This document shows, in pieces, positions 19,969 through 29,157 of a DNA stretch of 38,573 nt (position 1 is the first letter of the stretch; each line of letters begins with the position of its first letter). Origin of the DNA: Burkholderiales bacterium (lineage in GTDB: Bacteria > Pseudomonadota > Gammaproteobacteria > Burkholderiales > SHXO01); contig JBBRGM010000001.1 of assembly GCA_038240725.1 (NCBI GenBank), positions 1 to 38,573 on the forward strand. Reading direction: 5' to 3'. A model generated the notes under the pieces. The model saw nothing but the letters and a program-made list of their open reading frames with translations. It was not told the DNA's origin and did no database searches. A program made the position numbers and the translations under genes.

Positions 19969-20430
19969 CTAGACCGACAACTCGCGCAGGTGCGCGCTCA
20001 GTTGCGCGCCGTCTACTTCGAGAAAGCCCACCGATATCGGCAGACTGAATCGTCGCGGCCCGGCGCTGCCGGGATTGAAGTACAACACGCCATCGCGCAT
20101 CTGCATCGCAGGTTTATGCGAATGGCCCGACACGACCGCCTGCACTGCCGATGTCAGTATGCCTGCGCGCAGCGTCTTCACATCATGCAGCAGATACACG
20201 CCGACGCTTTCGAACTCGATCGACAGTTCTTCCGGCAGTGCGCGTGCCCAGCTTTCGTTGTCGTTGTTGCCGCGAACAGCGGTAACCGGCGCGATATCGG
20301 CGAGCGCATCCAACACCGCTTGCGATCCAATATCGCCCGCGTGAATGAGCGCGTCGCAGCCGCGTAACGCCGCTAGCGCCGCTGGGCGCAGCAGACCGTG
20401 TGTGTCGGAGATCACGCCGATCCGCATCAT
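19969..20430 (-). CDS. YfcE/MJ0936-family metallophosphoesterase
   Basis: 153 aa with the calcineurin-like motif series ISDTHG, HAGDIG, RGNND and SGHSH. Confidence 0.85.
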   Translation of the reverse strand: MMRIGVISDTHGLLRPAALAALRGCDALIHAGDIGSQAVLDALADIAPVTAVRGNNDNESWARALPEELSIEFESVGVYLLHDVKTLRAGILTSAVQAVVSGHSHKPAMQMRDGVLYFNPGSAGPRRFSLPISVGFLEVDGAQLSAHLRELSV

Positions 20431-20460
20431 CTTGTTCGGTGCTGGGCGCGATCGATGTGA

Positions 20461-20886
20461 TCAGTTCTGCGGACGCCGCTCGGCGAAGCTCGGCAATCCA
20501 TCGTCGCATTCGCCCCAGGGCAACCGGGTATTCGTCCAGATGTGATCCGTGGGCGTGATCAAGGTGGGCGTATCGAGGCTGCACGCGGTGATGTCGATCT
20601 CGTCTTCGCTGTCCACGCGCTGATACGTCAGCGGGGTACCGCAATTCGCGCAAAAGCTGCGATGCGCGATGTCGGATGAGCGATAACGCCTGGGCTCGCC
20701 TCGTACCCACGAGAGCTCGCGCGTTTTGACGCTGAACCAGGTAACGAACGCGGCGCCACTGGCGCGCCTGCACGTCGTGCAGTGGCAATGCGTCATGTCG
20801 CGCGGCTGACCGACCGCGCGATAGCGGACGCTGCCGCACAAGCAGCCGCCCTCGAGCACGATCGGATTGCCACTCAGCTCAGCCAT
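20461..20886 (-). CDS. GFA-family (CENP-V/glutathione-dependent formaldehyde-activating-like) zinc protein
   Basis: 141 aa with the characteristic Cys pattern CLCGSVRY...CHCTTC...CANCGTPL. Confidence 0.85.
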   Translation of the reverse strand: MAELSGNPIVLEGGCLCGSVRYRAVGQPRDMTHCHCTTCRRASGAAFVTWFSVKTRELSWVRGEPRRYRSSDIAHRSFCANCGTPLTYQRVDSEDEIDITACSLDTPTLITPTDHIWTNTRLPWGECDDGLPSFAERRPQN

Positions 20887-20943
20887 GACTGCATCTTCCG
20901 GTCTGTTGTCGGGCCTCGAATCAGCAGCCGACCAGCGAATCTT

Positions 20944-21981
20944 TCATTCGGACGCAAGCTGCCAAGCAACGCTCTGCCCGGCTCGCAGCGGCACTAATGT
21001 TCCCCCTGCATACGGCAACTCGGCCGGCACGGTCCATTCGCGTTTGGCCAGCGTGATCCGCTGTTTGTTCCTCGGCAGACCGTAGAAATCGGCGCCATTG
21101 AAACTCGCGAAACGCTCCAGCGCCGCGAGCGCCCCCGCGGCATCGAATGCTTCAGCGTAGAGCTCGATTGCAGCGTGTGCGGTGTACACGCCCGCGCAGC
21201 CGCACGCGTTTTCCTTCGTGTGTCGCGCGTGCGGTGCGCTGTCCGTGCCGAGAAAAAACTTGGCGTTCGACGAAGTCGCGGCGGCGACCAGCGCCATACG
21301 ATGCGTTTCCCGCTTGAGCACCGGTAGACAGTAATGATGCGGCTGGATGCCGCCTTGGAAAATCGCGTTGCGGTTGAGCAGAAGATGATGTGCGGTAATC
21401 GTGGCGGCGACACTAGCGGACGCAGCTTCGACGAACTCGACCGCATGTTGCGTCGTGATGTGCTCCATCACAATTTTCAACTCTGGGAAATCGCACGCGA
21501 GCGGAGCGAGGATTCGTTCGATGAACACGGCCTCGCGATCGAACACGTCGACCGTCGTATCGGTCACCTCGCCGTGGACCAGCAGCGGCATACCGAACCG
21601 TTGCATAGCTTCCAGTGCGGCGCTGGATTTCGCGATGTCGGTGACGCCGGAATCCGAGTTGGTCGTCGCACCGGCTGGATAGTATTTCACCGCGAATACT
21701 GCACCGCTTTCGCGTGCACGGCGTATCTCGTCAGCCGGGGTTTTGTCGGTCAAATAAAGCGTCATCAACGGCTCGAACAGGGAGTCTGCCGGCAGCGCGG
21801 CGCGGATTCGTTCGCGGTACGCGAGCGCCAGGGCCGTGTTGGTAATCGGCGGACGCAGATTAGGCATGATCACGGCGCGCGCGAACTGCGCTGCGGTGTG
21901 CGCGACTACGGCATGCAATGCCTCGCCATCGCGCAGATGCAGATGCCAATCGTCCGGCCTGGTGAGCGTTAGTTTCTGCAT
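20944..21981 (-). CDS. pyrC: dihydroorotase (homodimeric E. coli type)
   Basis: 345 aa. [12 protein letters not shown] metal-binding Hx[10 protein letters not shown], and length and organisation as in class II PyrC. Confidence 0.95.
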   Translation of the reverse strand: MQKLTLTRPDDWHLHLRDGEALHAVVAHTAAQFARAVIMPNLRPPITNTALALAYRERIRAALPADSLFEPLMTLYLTDKTPADEIRRARESGAVFAVKYYPAGATTNSDSGVTDIAKSSAALEAMQRFGMPLLVHGEVTDTTVDVFDREAVFIERILAPLACDFPELKIVMEHITTQHAVEFVEAASASVAATITAHHLLLNRNAIFQGGIQPHHYCLPVLKRETHRMALVAAATSSNAKFFLGTDSAPHARHTKENACGCAGVYTAHAAIELYAEAFDAAGALAALERFASFNGADFYGLPRNKQRITLAKREWTVPAELPYAGGTLVPLRAGQSVAWQLASE

Positions 21982-22005
21982 CTCGTCGATACCATCGGAG
22001 TGGCG

Positions 22006-22893
22006 CTAGCTGAGATCACCCGCCTCATTTCCTTTCTTGAGTTCCAGCGCACGCTCGTATAGCGCATTTTTTTTGCGGCCGGTGATTTCCGCAGCGAGCG
22101 CTGCCGCCTGGCTGACCGGCAGCGAGCGCAGTAATATTTCGAGAACACGTTCGCCATGTGCGTGCTCTTTGTCGACTTCTTCTTGCGCTGCCTCGACGAT
22201 GAGCACGAACTCACCTCGACTCCGATTCGCGTCTTGCCCAAGCCAGTCGGCGGCATCGCCGAGCCGGCAGCGGTAAAAGCTCTCGAACATTTTGGTGATC
22301 TCGCGCGCGATCACCACCTCTCGCTCCGGGCCAAGGATCTGCGCCATCTCCTGCAGCGTTTCCGCCACGCGATGCGGCGCTTCGTAGAACACCAGTACGT
22401 ACCTCAGTTGGGCCAAGCTCGCAAGGGCGTCGCGGCGTGCGCTGCTTTTGCTCGGCAGGAAACCATAAAACAAAAAATGCGGCGCGCTGATGCCGGCGGC
22501 CGATAGCGCTGCGATCAACGCGCTTGGGCCAGGCACGGGGATGACGCGATGTCCGGCGTCGGCCACTCGGCGCACGAGCAGCGCTCCGGGATCGCTGATG
22601 GCGGGCGTGCCGGCATCGGTCACGCAGGCGACCGAGCGGCCCTCGATCAGCAATTGCACGATGCCATCTGCCGATGCGGCTTCGTTGTGCTGGTGGATTG
22701 CGATGAGGCGCGCGCGAATCTCGTAGTGCGACAGGAGCTGGCGCGTCAGGCGCGTGTCCTCCGCCGCAACGGCATCGACCGACTGCAGTACGTCCAGCGC
22801 GCGCAGCGTGATGTCGCGCAAATTCCCCAGCGGGGTGGCCACGACATATAATGCCGCCTCCACTTGCGTGCGGGGCTCGTTATGCAACGTCAA
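22006..22893 (-). CDS. rsmI: 16S rRNA (cytidine1402-2'-O)-methyltransferase
   Basis: LYVVATPLGNLRDITLRALDVLQSVDAVAAEDTR tetrapyrrole-methylase-like N-terminus. There is no in-frame ATG near the 5' end. Candidates are TTG 22893, TTG 22887 and GTG 22863, so the start is uncertain. Confidence 0.92.
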   Translation of the reverse strand: MTLHNEPRTQVEAALYVVATPLGNLRDITLRALDVLQSVDAVAAEDTRLTRQLLSHYEIRARLIAIHQHNEAASADGIVQLLIEGRSVACVTDAGTPAISDPGALLVRRVADAGHRVIPVPGPSALIAALSAAGISAPHFLFYGFLPSKSSARRDALASLAQLRYVLVFYEAPHRVAETLQEMAQILGPEREVVIAREITKMFESFYRCRLGDAADWLGQDANRSRGEFVLIVEAAQEEVDKEHAHGERVLEILLRSLPVSQAAALAAEITGRKKNALYERALELKKGNEAGDLS

Positions 22894-24033
22894 TCGGCCT
22901 CTCTGCTCTCGGTTCTGGCCATACTATACGTGGGTGTCTGTGCGCTAGCCAATCGCGACGCCGACGCGCAAACCGACGACAGCTCGGCCGTGGTTGAAAG
23001 CGGCCCGCAGATCGCCGTACTGCTCCCGCTCAAGTCCCCTTCTATTGGACGGCAAGCCGATGCCGTCCGCCTCGGTATTCTCGAGGCAGCGAAGGTCGAT
23101 CGCGGGACGACCTTGCCGGTGGTGATTCATGCGACGACCGATGAGCCGTTCGATGTCGTCAACGCATACGAAAGCGTGGTGCGCGCCGGCGCTCAGGTAG
23201 TTATCGGACCGCTGACGCGAAGCGCGGTTACCTCCCTTGCCGCCACCAGTCTCGTCACCGTTCCCACACTCGCGCTCAGCGCACCGGATGCAGATGCGAT
23301 CGCGCCTGCCGATCTGTACGTGTTCGGCCTGCAACTCGAAAACGAAGCCAAACAGATCGCGCAACTCGCACGGCGCCTGGGCCGCCGCGGCGCAATCGTC
23401 GTTGCCAGCGAGACTGCGTTGTCGCATCGTCTCGAGCAAGCCTTCAGCGAGGAATTCCAGCGCCAGGGCGGTACCATCAAAGATCAGTTCGACTACACCA
23501 ACGATCCGCCCAGCCTGCTCAAACTGCGCAACTCGATTGCCAATCGGATCGGCGACATGATTTTCCTCGCGCTCGACGATCGCCGCTCCAAGCAAATTCG
23601 CTCTTATCTCGGCAGCAACGTTCCGATCTACGCCACGTCGCTGGTGCACACCAGCACCGAGCCGTTGGCGAACTTCGAACTGAACGGCGTCTATTTCGTC
23701 GATATGCCGTGGCTGCTAACGCCGGATCATCCTGCGGTGTTGTCGTACACGCGCCAGGAGCAGGCGGGACTCGAATTCCAGCGTTTCTACGCACTGGGCA
23801 TCGACGCCTATCGGATCGCCCAAGATCTGCTCAAACCCAGCAGCAGTCACGCCGCGCTGGACGGGGTCACCGGCACCATCACGCTCGCACGCGATCACCG
23901 CTTCGTCCGCGAGTCGATTCCCGCGCAGTTCAGTCAGGGCGAAGCGCACGTACTGGTCAACAAAGCCGCACGCCGGCCCACGCCACCCGGTGACGCCGCT
24001 ATCGTCGAGCCCGAGCGCGTCTCTCATCCTTGA
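22882..24033 (+). CDS. LpoA/LppC-like penicillin-binding protein activator (periplasmic-binding-fold domain only)
   Basis: Signal peptide (MQRQSASLLSVLAILYVGVCALA) followed by a type-1 periplasmic-binding-like body. It holds the yraM position in a conserved rsmI(yraL)/yraM/yraN/diaA(yraO)/dolP(yraP) arrangement. ATG 22882 is preferred over the TTG 22864 of the track ORF. The family call rests mainly on synteny. Confidence 0.7.
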   Translation: MQRQSASLLSVLAILYVGVCALANRDADAQTDDSSAVVESGPQIAVLLPLKSPSIGRQADAVRLGILEAAKVDRGTTLPVVIHATTDEPFDVVNAYESVVRAGAQVVIGPLTRSAVTSLAATSLVTVPTLALSAPDADAIAPADLYVFGLQLENEAKQIAQLARRLGRRGAIVVASETALSHRLEQAFSEEFQRQGGTIKDQFDYTNDPPSLLKLRNSIANRIGDMIFLALDDRRSKQIRSYLGSNVPIYATSLVHTSTEPLANFELNGVYFVDMPWLLTPDHPAVLSYTRQEQAGLEFQRFYALGIDAYRIAQDLLKPSSSHAALDGVTGTITLARDHRFVRESIPAQFSQGEAHVLVNKAARRPTPPGDAAIVEPERVSHP

Positions 24034-24371
24034 TGAGCGCGGGCGGTTCGGAGGCGGAAGAGCGCGCCCTGCAATTTCTGCTATCGCAGGGCCTGCGCCT
24101 CAAACAGCGCAACTATCACTGCCGCATGGGTGAAATCGATCTCATCCTGGTCGATGGCAATTCGCTCGTCTTCGTCGAAGTCCGCATGCGCAGCAGCCGC
24201 GCGTTCGGCGGTGCCGCGGAGAGCATAACCGCACGCAAGCAGGCGCGCATTATCGCGGCCGCGCGCCACTACCTGGCCACGCAAAAAGTCACGCCGGCGT
24301 GCCGATTCGACGCGGTCCTGATCGAAGCCAATGACGCGATGCAGTGGATCAAGGACGCGTTCGGCGAGTGA
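24033..24371 (+). CDS. yraN: YraN-family (UPF0102) endonuclease-like protein
   Basis: EERALQFLLSQGLRLKQRNYHCRMGEIDLILVDGNSLVFVEVRMR is the typical YraN core. ATG 24033 overlaps the upstream TGA (TGATG). Confidence 0.88.
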   Translation: MSAGGSEAEERALQFLLSQGLRLKQRNYHCRMGEIDLILVDGNSLVFVEVRMRSSRAFGGAAESITARKQARIIAAARHYLATQKVTPACRFDAVLIEANDAMQWIKDAFGE

Positions 24372-24395
24372 ACGGCGTCGCCGTCACCGGGCTGA

Positions 24396-25040
<645 letters not shown>

Positions 25041-25619
25041 ATGAATAAAAGCGCATTGGCGATAATTACATTGCTGGCTTTGCTGCCGGCGTTGCACGGC
25101 TGCTTTCTTCCCGTGGTCGCGGCCGGTGCCGGCGCTGGTGTGCTGGTGGCGGAAGACCGGCGCAGCACCGGTACGATGATCGATGATAAAAGTATCCAGA
25201 GCAAAGCCAGCAGGCGTATCAAGGACAAGTACAACACCGACGACATTCATGTCGACGTGACGAGCTACAACCGCTTCGTGTTGCTGATAGGTGAAGTTCC
25301 GTCGCAGCAAGTCAAGGACGACATGGGGGCAATCGCGCTCGGTGTCGAGAACGCACGCAACATTCAAAACGAGCTGGTTGTCGGCCCGGTCACCTCGACC
25401 GGTACCCGTGCCAACGACGCCTATCTGACGAGCAAAGTGAAAGGCCGGTTCGTCGGCGAAAACAAGTTTAAGCCAAACGTCGTCAAGGTCGTCACCGAGA
25501 ACGGTGTCGTATATTTGATGGGCATCGTGACGAAGGCCGAAGGCGATGCGGCGGCGGAAATCGCCAGCTCCACCACCGACGTCGTGCGCGTCGTTAAGGT
25601 CTTCGAGTACACCGACTAG
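25041..25619 (+). CDS. dolP: BON-domain outer-membrane lipoprotein (DolP/YraP-like)
   Basis: Lipoprotein signal with lipobox LHGC (MNKSALAIITLLALLPALHGC). Two BON-like repeats (IHVDVTSYNRFVLLIGEV and VKVVTENGVVYLMGIV). The start is immediately after the upstream stop. Confidence 0.88.
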   Translation: MNKSALAIITLLALLPALHGCFLPVVAAGAGAGVLVAEDRRSTGTMIDDKSIQSKASRRIKDKYNTDDIHVDVTSYNRFVLLIGEVPSQQVKDDMGAIALGVENARNIQNELVVGPVTSTGTRANDAYLTSKVKGRFVGENKFKPNVVKVVTENGVVYLMGIVTKAEGDAAAEIASSTTDVVRVVKVFEYTD

Positions 25620-25642
25620 TGATTAGCCTCAAGCCGGCTGCA

Positions 25643-27079
25643 TCACGCCTGACGTCGTGTCGCCGCGCCATATAGCTTCAACGTCTGCGCCCTTGCCTGG
25701 GCGTGATCGACGATCGGCGCAGGATAATCCTTCCCGATGATCACGCCGTATTGCTTCTGGTCGGCAACGCTCATCAGCCACGGCGCATGAATGTACTCGG
25801 TCGGCACAGCGCTCAGTGCGGGCAAATATGATCGAATGAAATTGCCGTCCGGATCGAAGCGCTCGGACTGCAGCGTGGGATTGAAGATTCGGAAATACGG
25901 TTGCGCATCGCTGCCGGTCGACGCAGCCCACTGCCAGCCGCCGTTGTTGGCGGAGAGATCGTAGTCGTTGAGCTTGTCCGCGAAGTAGCGCTCGCCCCAA
26001 CGCCAATCGACGTGCAAGTCCTTGGTCAGGAACGATGCCGTCACCATGCGCAGTCGGTTGTGCATGTAGCCGGTCTGATTGATCTGTTGCATGGCTGCAT
26101 CGATGAGCGGATAACCCGTGCGGCCGTCGCACCACGCCTTGAACGAATCGTCGCTGTTCGAAAATGCAACGTTCTCGAATGCCGGCTTGTAAGCGTGTTC
26201 CACTACGCCGGGGTGGAAGAACAAGATCATGAAGTAGAACTCGCGCCAGATCAGCTCCGACAACCACACTTTGGCGCCGGCCGTATTGCGCGCATGAGCA
26301 AGCCGTGCGAGCTCGCGAATCGACAGCGTACCGAAGCGCAAGTGCACGGACAGATTGGACGGCCCGTTCAGCGCAGGATAGTTGCGCAACTCGTCGTAGT
26401 CGTCGATACGGGTGAGAAAATCGTTCAGCCAGCGTTGTCCTCCGGAGGTGCCGGTCGGCAGACGCAGCTCTGCCAAGTTCGTGCGCTCGAATCCGAGTGC
26501 CGCCAAACTCGGCGCTGCGGGCGCACGTTCGGGGCTCAGCACGGACGCGTGTCCTTCTACCGGATATGCTGCGAGCGAGTCGGACTGCAAACGCGCAAGC
26601 CAGGCATTCTTGTAAGGCGTAAATACGCTGAACGGCTTACCGTTGGTAAGAATCTCCTGCGGCTCGAAGATGACCTGATCTTTACAGCGATGAAGCTGCA
26701 CGCCGAGCATCGACAGCGCCTGCGCGACTGCGCCGTCGCGCTCGATTGCAGCCGGTTCGTAATCGGCATTTGCATAAACGGCCTGCACCCGGAGACGTTT
26801 TGCCAGCGCCGGAATTTCTGCGCGCGCGCTCGCGTGCAAAACGAACAAGTCGCCGCCCAATCTGCGAAGGTTCGTGCACAACTCATGCACGCTTTCGTAG
26901 ATGAATTCGACGCGTCGATGGCGTTTCGAGGACAGGCGATCGAGGATGTCGGTGTCGAAAACGAACACGCAGTAAACGCTCTTGCTGTGGACGAGGGCTT
27001 GGTACAACGCCGCGTTGTCGTACACTCGCAAGTCGCGCCGAAACCACATCAGCGCTCGATCGCAATGCTGGTCTTCCAT
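25643..27079 (-). CDS. phrB: deoxyribodipyrimidine photo-lyase (class I CPD photolyase type)
   Basis: 478 aa. LMWFRRDLRVYDNAAL N-terminus. The C-terminal FAD domain TGYPLIDAAMQQINQTGYMHNRLRMVTASFLTKDL...ANNGGWQWAASTGSDAQPYFRIFNP is near-identical in pattern to E. coli PhrB. Confidence 0.93.
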   Translation of the reverse strand: MEDQHCDRALMWFRRDLRVYDNAALYQALVHSKSVYCVFVFDTDILDRLSSKRHRRVEFIYESVHELCTNLRRLGGDLFVLHASARAEIPALAKRLRVQAVYANADYEPAAIERDGAVAQALSMLGVQLHRCKDQVIFEPQEILTNGKPFSVFTPYKNAWLARLQSDSLAAYPVEGHASVLSPERAPAAPSLAALGFERTNLAELRLPTGTSGGQRWLNDFLTRIDDYDELRNYPALNGPSNLSVHLRFGTLSIRELARLAHARNTAGAKVWLSELIWREFYFMILFFHPGVVEHAYKPAFENVAFSNSDDSFKAWCDGRTGYPLIDAAMQQINQTGYMHNRLRMVTASFLTKDLHVDWRWGERYFADKLNDYDLSANNGGWQWAASTGSDAQPYFRIFNPTLQSERFDPDGNFIRSYLPALSAVPTEYIHAPWLMSVADQKQYGVIIGKDYPAPIVDHAQARAQTLKLYGAATRRQA

Positions 27080-27093
27080 AGTTCAGTACCGCT

Positions 27094-28302
27094 TCAATGC
27101 AGGACCATTTCGAGCTGGATTACGTCGGTGTTGCCACTGCGAAAGCCCGCTTCGCAGTGTGCGAGATAATAGTTCCACAGCCGGTGGAAGGCGGCATCGC
27201 GGCATGCATTCTCAATTGCCGGCCAGTTCCGATTAAAGGCGTCACGCCAGACTTTCAAAGTCTGTGCGTAATCGCTACCGAAGCGGTGCAGCGACCGCAT
27301 CTCGAATCCCGACGCCTGCGCAAAACCGGTGAGTTGCGACGTCGATGCTAATTCGGCGTTTGCGGCGACATAGCGCTGAATGAAGTTTGCGCGGGAGCGC
27401 GAGCGACGCGCTCGGTCGTCTGCAGTCACGCTGGCTTGGACTACCGCATGGCCATCGCGTTTCAGATGTTTTGCCAGGCAATCGAAATACATCACCCAAT
27501 CGCGCTTGCGCAATGTTTCGATCATCTCGATTGAAACGACCGAATCGTACTGGCCGACGATGTCTCGGAAGTCGCGCACTTCGATGTTCGCCCGTTCTTC
27601 GAGCTCGCACTGTTGGATCAGCAGGCGGCCATGCTCGACCTGCCGCGGCGACAATGTAGCGCCGTACACCGAACAACCACGGGTCAGCGCTGCGTGAGCT
27701 GCAAAGCCACCCCAGCCGCAGCCCACGTCGAGAAGCCTGGTACCCGGTTGCGGGTCCAGCAAGGCCAAAATGCGCTCGTACTTGGCGCGTTGTGCATCCT
27801 CCAGCGTCCGCGAGAATACGCCGTCGTAGCAGGCTGCAGAATAGGCCATGGTTGCATCGAGCCAGGGTGCGTAGAACGCGTTGTCCAGGTCGTAGCGCTT
27901 ATGAATGTTCACCTGCTTGCGCACACCACGTCTCCCCAGCAGCACCTCGAGGGGGCGCAAGAACCATTGCGATTGCATCACCTGCGGGTTCGACTCAACG
28001 ACAGCCAACACGGCGCACAGATCGGGCGTCTGCCATTGACCGTCCAGATACGTTTGCGCCAAACCAGCATCGCCGTCTCGCGCGACGACCGCGACCGCGG
28101 ATAGCGCCGAGAAATGAATCGATGCTGCCGGACCGGCGCTGGCGCCTTCGATGGAAAAGCGATCGCCCCCTGCCACGCTGATGACCATACGACCGGCGCT
28201 CAGGCCCGACCAACGCGAGACTAGCGATCGAAGCGTGGCTGGCGGCGGGATTCTGGGAAGCGAGACGGCGAGATTTTCATCGGTCTGCGGTGATCGCAGC
28301 AC
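27094..28302 (-). CDS. cfa: cyclopropane-fatty-acyl-phospholipid synthase family SAM-dependent methyltransferase
   Basis: 402 aa. SAM motif LLDVGCGWGGFAAHAA and C-terminal WNYYLAHCEAGF, typical of the CFA/mycolic acid MT family. GTG start at 28302 (uncertain). The stop lies 14 nt before the phrB start. The call is at family level only. Confidence 0.85.
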   Translation of the reverse strand: MLRSPQTDENLAVSLPRIPPPATLRSLVSRWSGLSAGRMVISVAGGDRFSIEGASAGPAASIHFSALSAVAVVARDGDAGLAQTYLDGQWQTPDLCAVLAVVESNPQVMQSQWFLRPLEVLLGRRGVRKQVNIHKRYDLDNAFYAPWLDATMAYSAACYDGVFSRTLEDAQRAKYERILALLDPQPGTRLLDVGCGWGGFAAHAALTRGCSVYGATLSPRQVEHGRLLIQQCELEERANIEVRDFRDIVGQYDSVVSIEMIETLRKRDWVMYFDCLAKHLKRDGHAVVQASVTADDRARRSRSRANFIQRYVAANAELASTSQLTGFAQASGFEMRSLHRFGSDYAQTLKVWRDAFNRNWPAIENACRDAAFHRLWNYYLAHCEAGFRSGNTDVIQLEMVLH

Positions 28303-28335
28303 GGATACGAGCGGGCGTTACGTCGGGCGCGGCGG

Positions 28336-28653
28336 CTAGTTGACGTGGACTCGCAAGCCAGACCAGGGCATCAGCGATGAAAGCGTGCTGTCTTCGACGG
28401 CTTGCGCGTGGAACGAGAGATACTCGTCGAGGCTGCTGTCATGGACGCCCGTGGTTTGATCGTCCAGATCGCGAGTGGACAGCACTTGAGGTTGCTCGGC
28501 GGCCGCCTTGTCGCCGACCCGCACCGCGCTTTCAACGCAATCGACCGGGGCACTGCGCGCGATCGCTCCCTTGCTCTGAGGAATTTGCGCTGCCGCGGCA
28601 ATGCTTACAACTAAAATCAGACTCGTACTCAGCACTAATTTGCCGATAGTCAT
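28336..28653 (-). CDS. hypothetical small secreted protein (105 aa)
   Basis: ATG 28653 with AGGA about 11 nt upstream. Signal-peptide-like N-terminus MTIGKLVLSTSLILVVSIAAAAQ. It ends 33 nt upstream of cfa. The longer 157-aa track ORF has no supporting features. I do not recognise the family. Confidence 0.5.
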   Translation of the reverse strand: MTIGKLVLSTSLILVVSIAAAAQIPQSKGAIARSAPVDCVESAVRVGDKAAAEQPQVLSTRDLDDQTTGVHDSSLDEYLSFHAQAVEDSTLSSLMPWSGLRVHVN

Positions 28654-29157
28654 GATTGCCGGTGTCCTAGTCACAAAGAAAAGAATATCGAAGCTTAGGC
28701 TACCCCTTGCCCCGCAGGCAGTCAACGTCGCCATCCGTCGCTGTAAGAGCACAACTTTATAGTACATAGCCATAACGCAGGAGCGCCGCGAAGCGATTCG
28801 ATCGCCCAAAAGGCGAGCGTGGGAGCAGACGTTGTATCAGCGCGGTCGAGCGCGAGACTCACCTCTTCGAAGACACACTGTGGATTCGGGAACGCCACTA
28901 CGGCTTCTCGCAGCCACGGCGCGACGCCAACAGCGAGCGCGCCTATCCGGTCGGACAATCGACAAGCTGTGCGCGCGACGGAGACACTTGCGCCAGTTCG
29001 CCGCCTAACCGACCCAGACGCTTTCCAGTCGGTCGCACCGGTCAGGGGCACGGTTTGTGCCTTAAGAGCGCGCTTTCGTTGCCGATAAGAACGCTGAAGC
29101 TGGCCGCCAGCGGATTGTCCGCGCCCAGAACCTCGACTCGATTGCGGGAACGAATAG

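Noticed and set aside
25901-27169. 422-aa plus-strand ORF antisense to the photolyase gene, plus the 212-aa and 109-aa minus-strand out-of-frame ORFs there
   Set aside because: The photolyase frame carries near-canonical PhrB motifs. The others are compositionally biased shadows.
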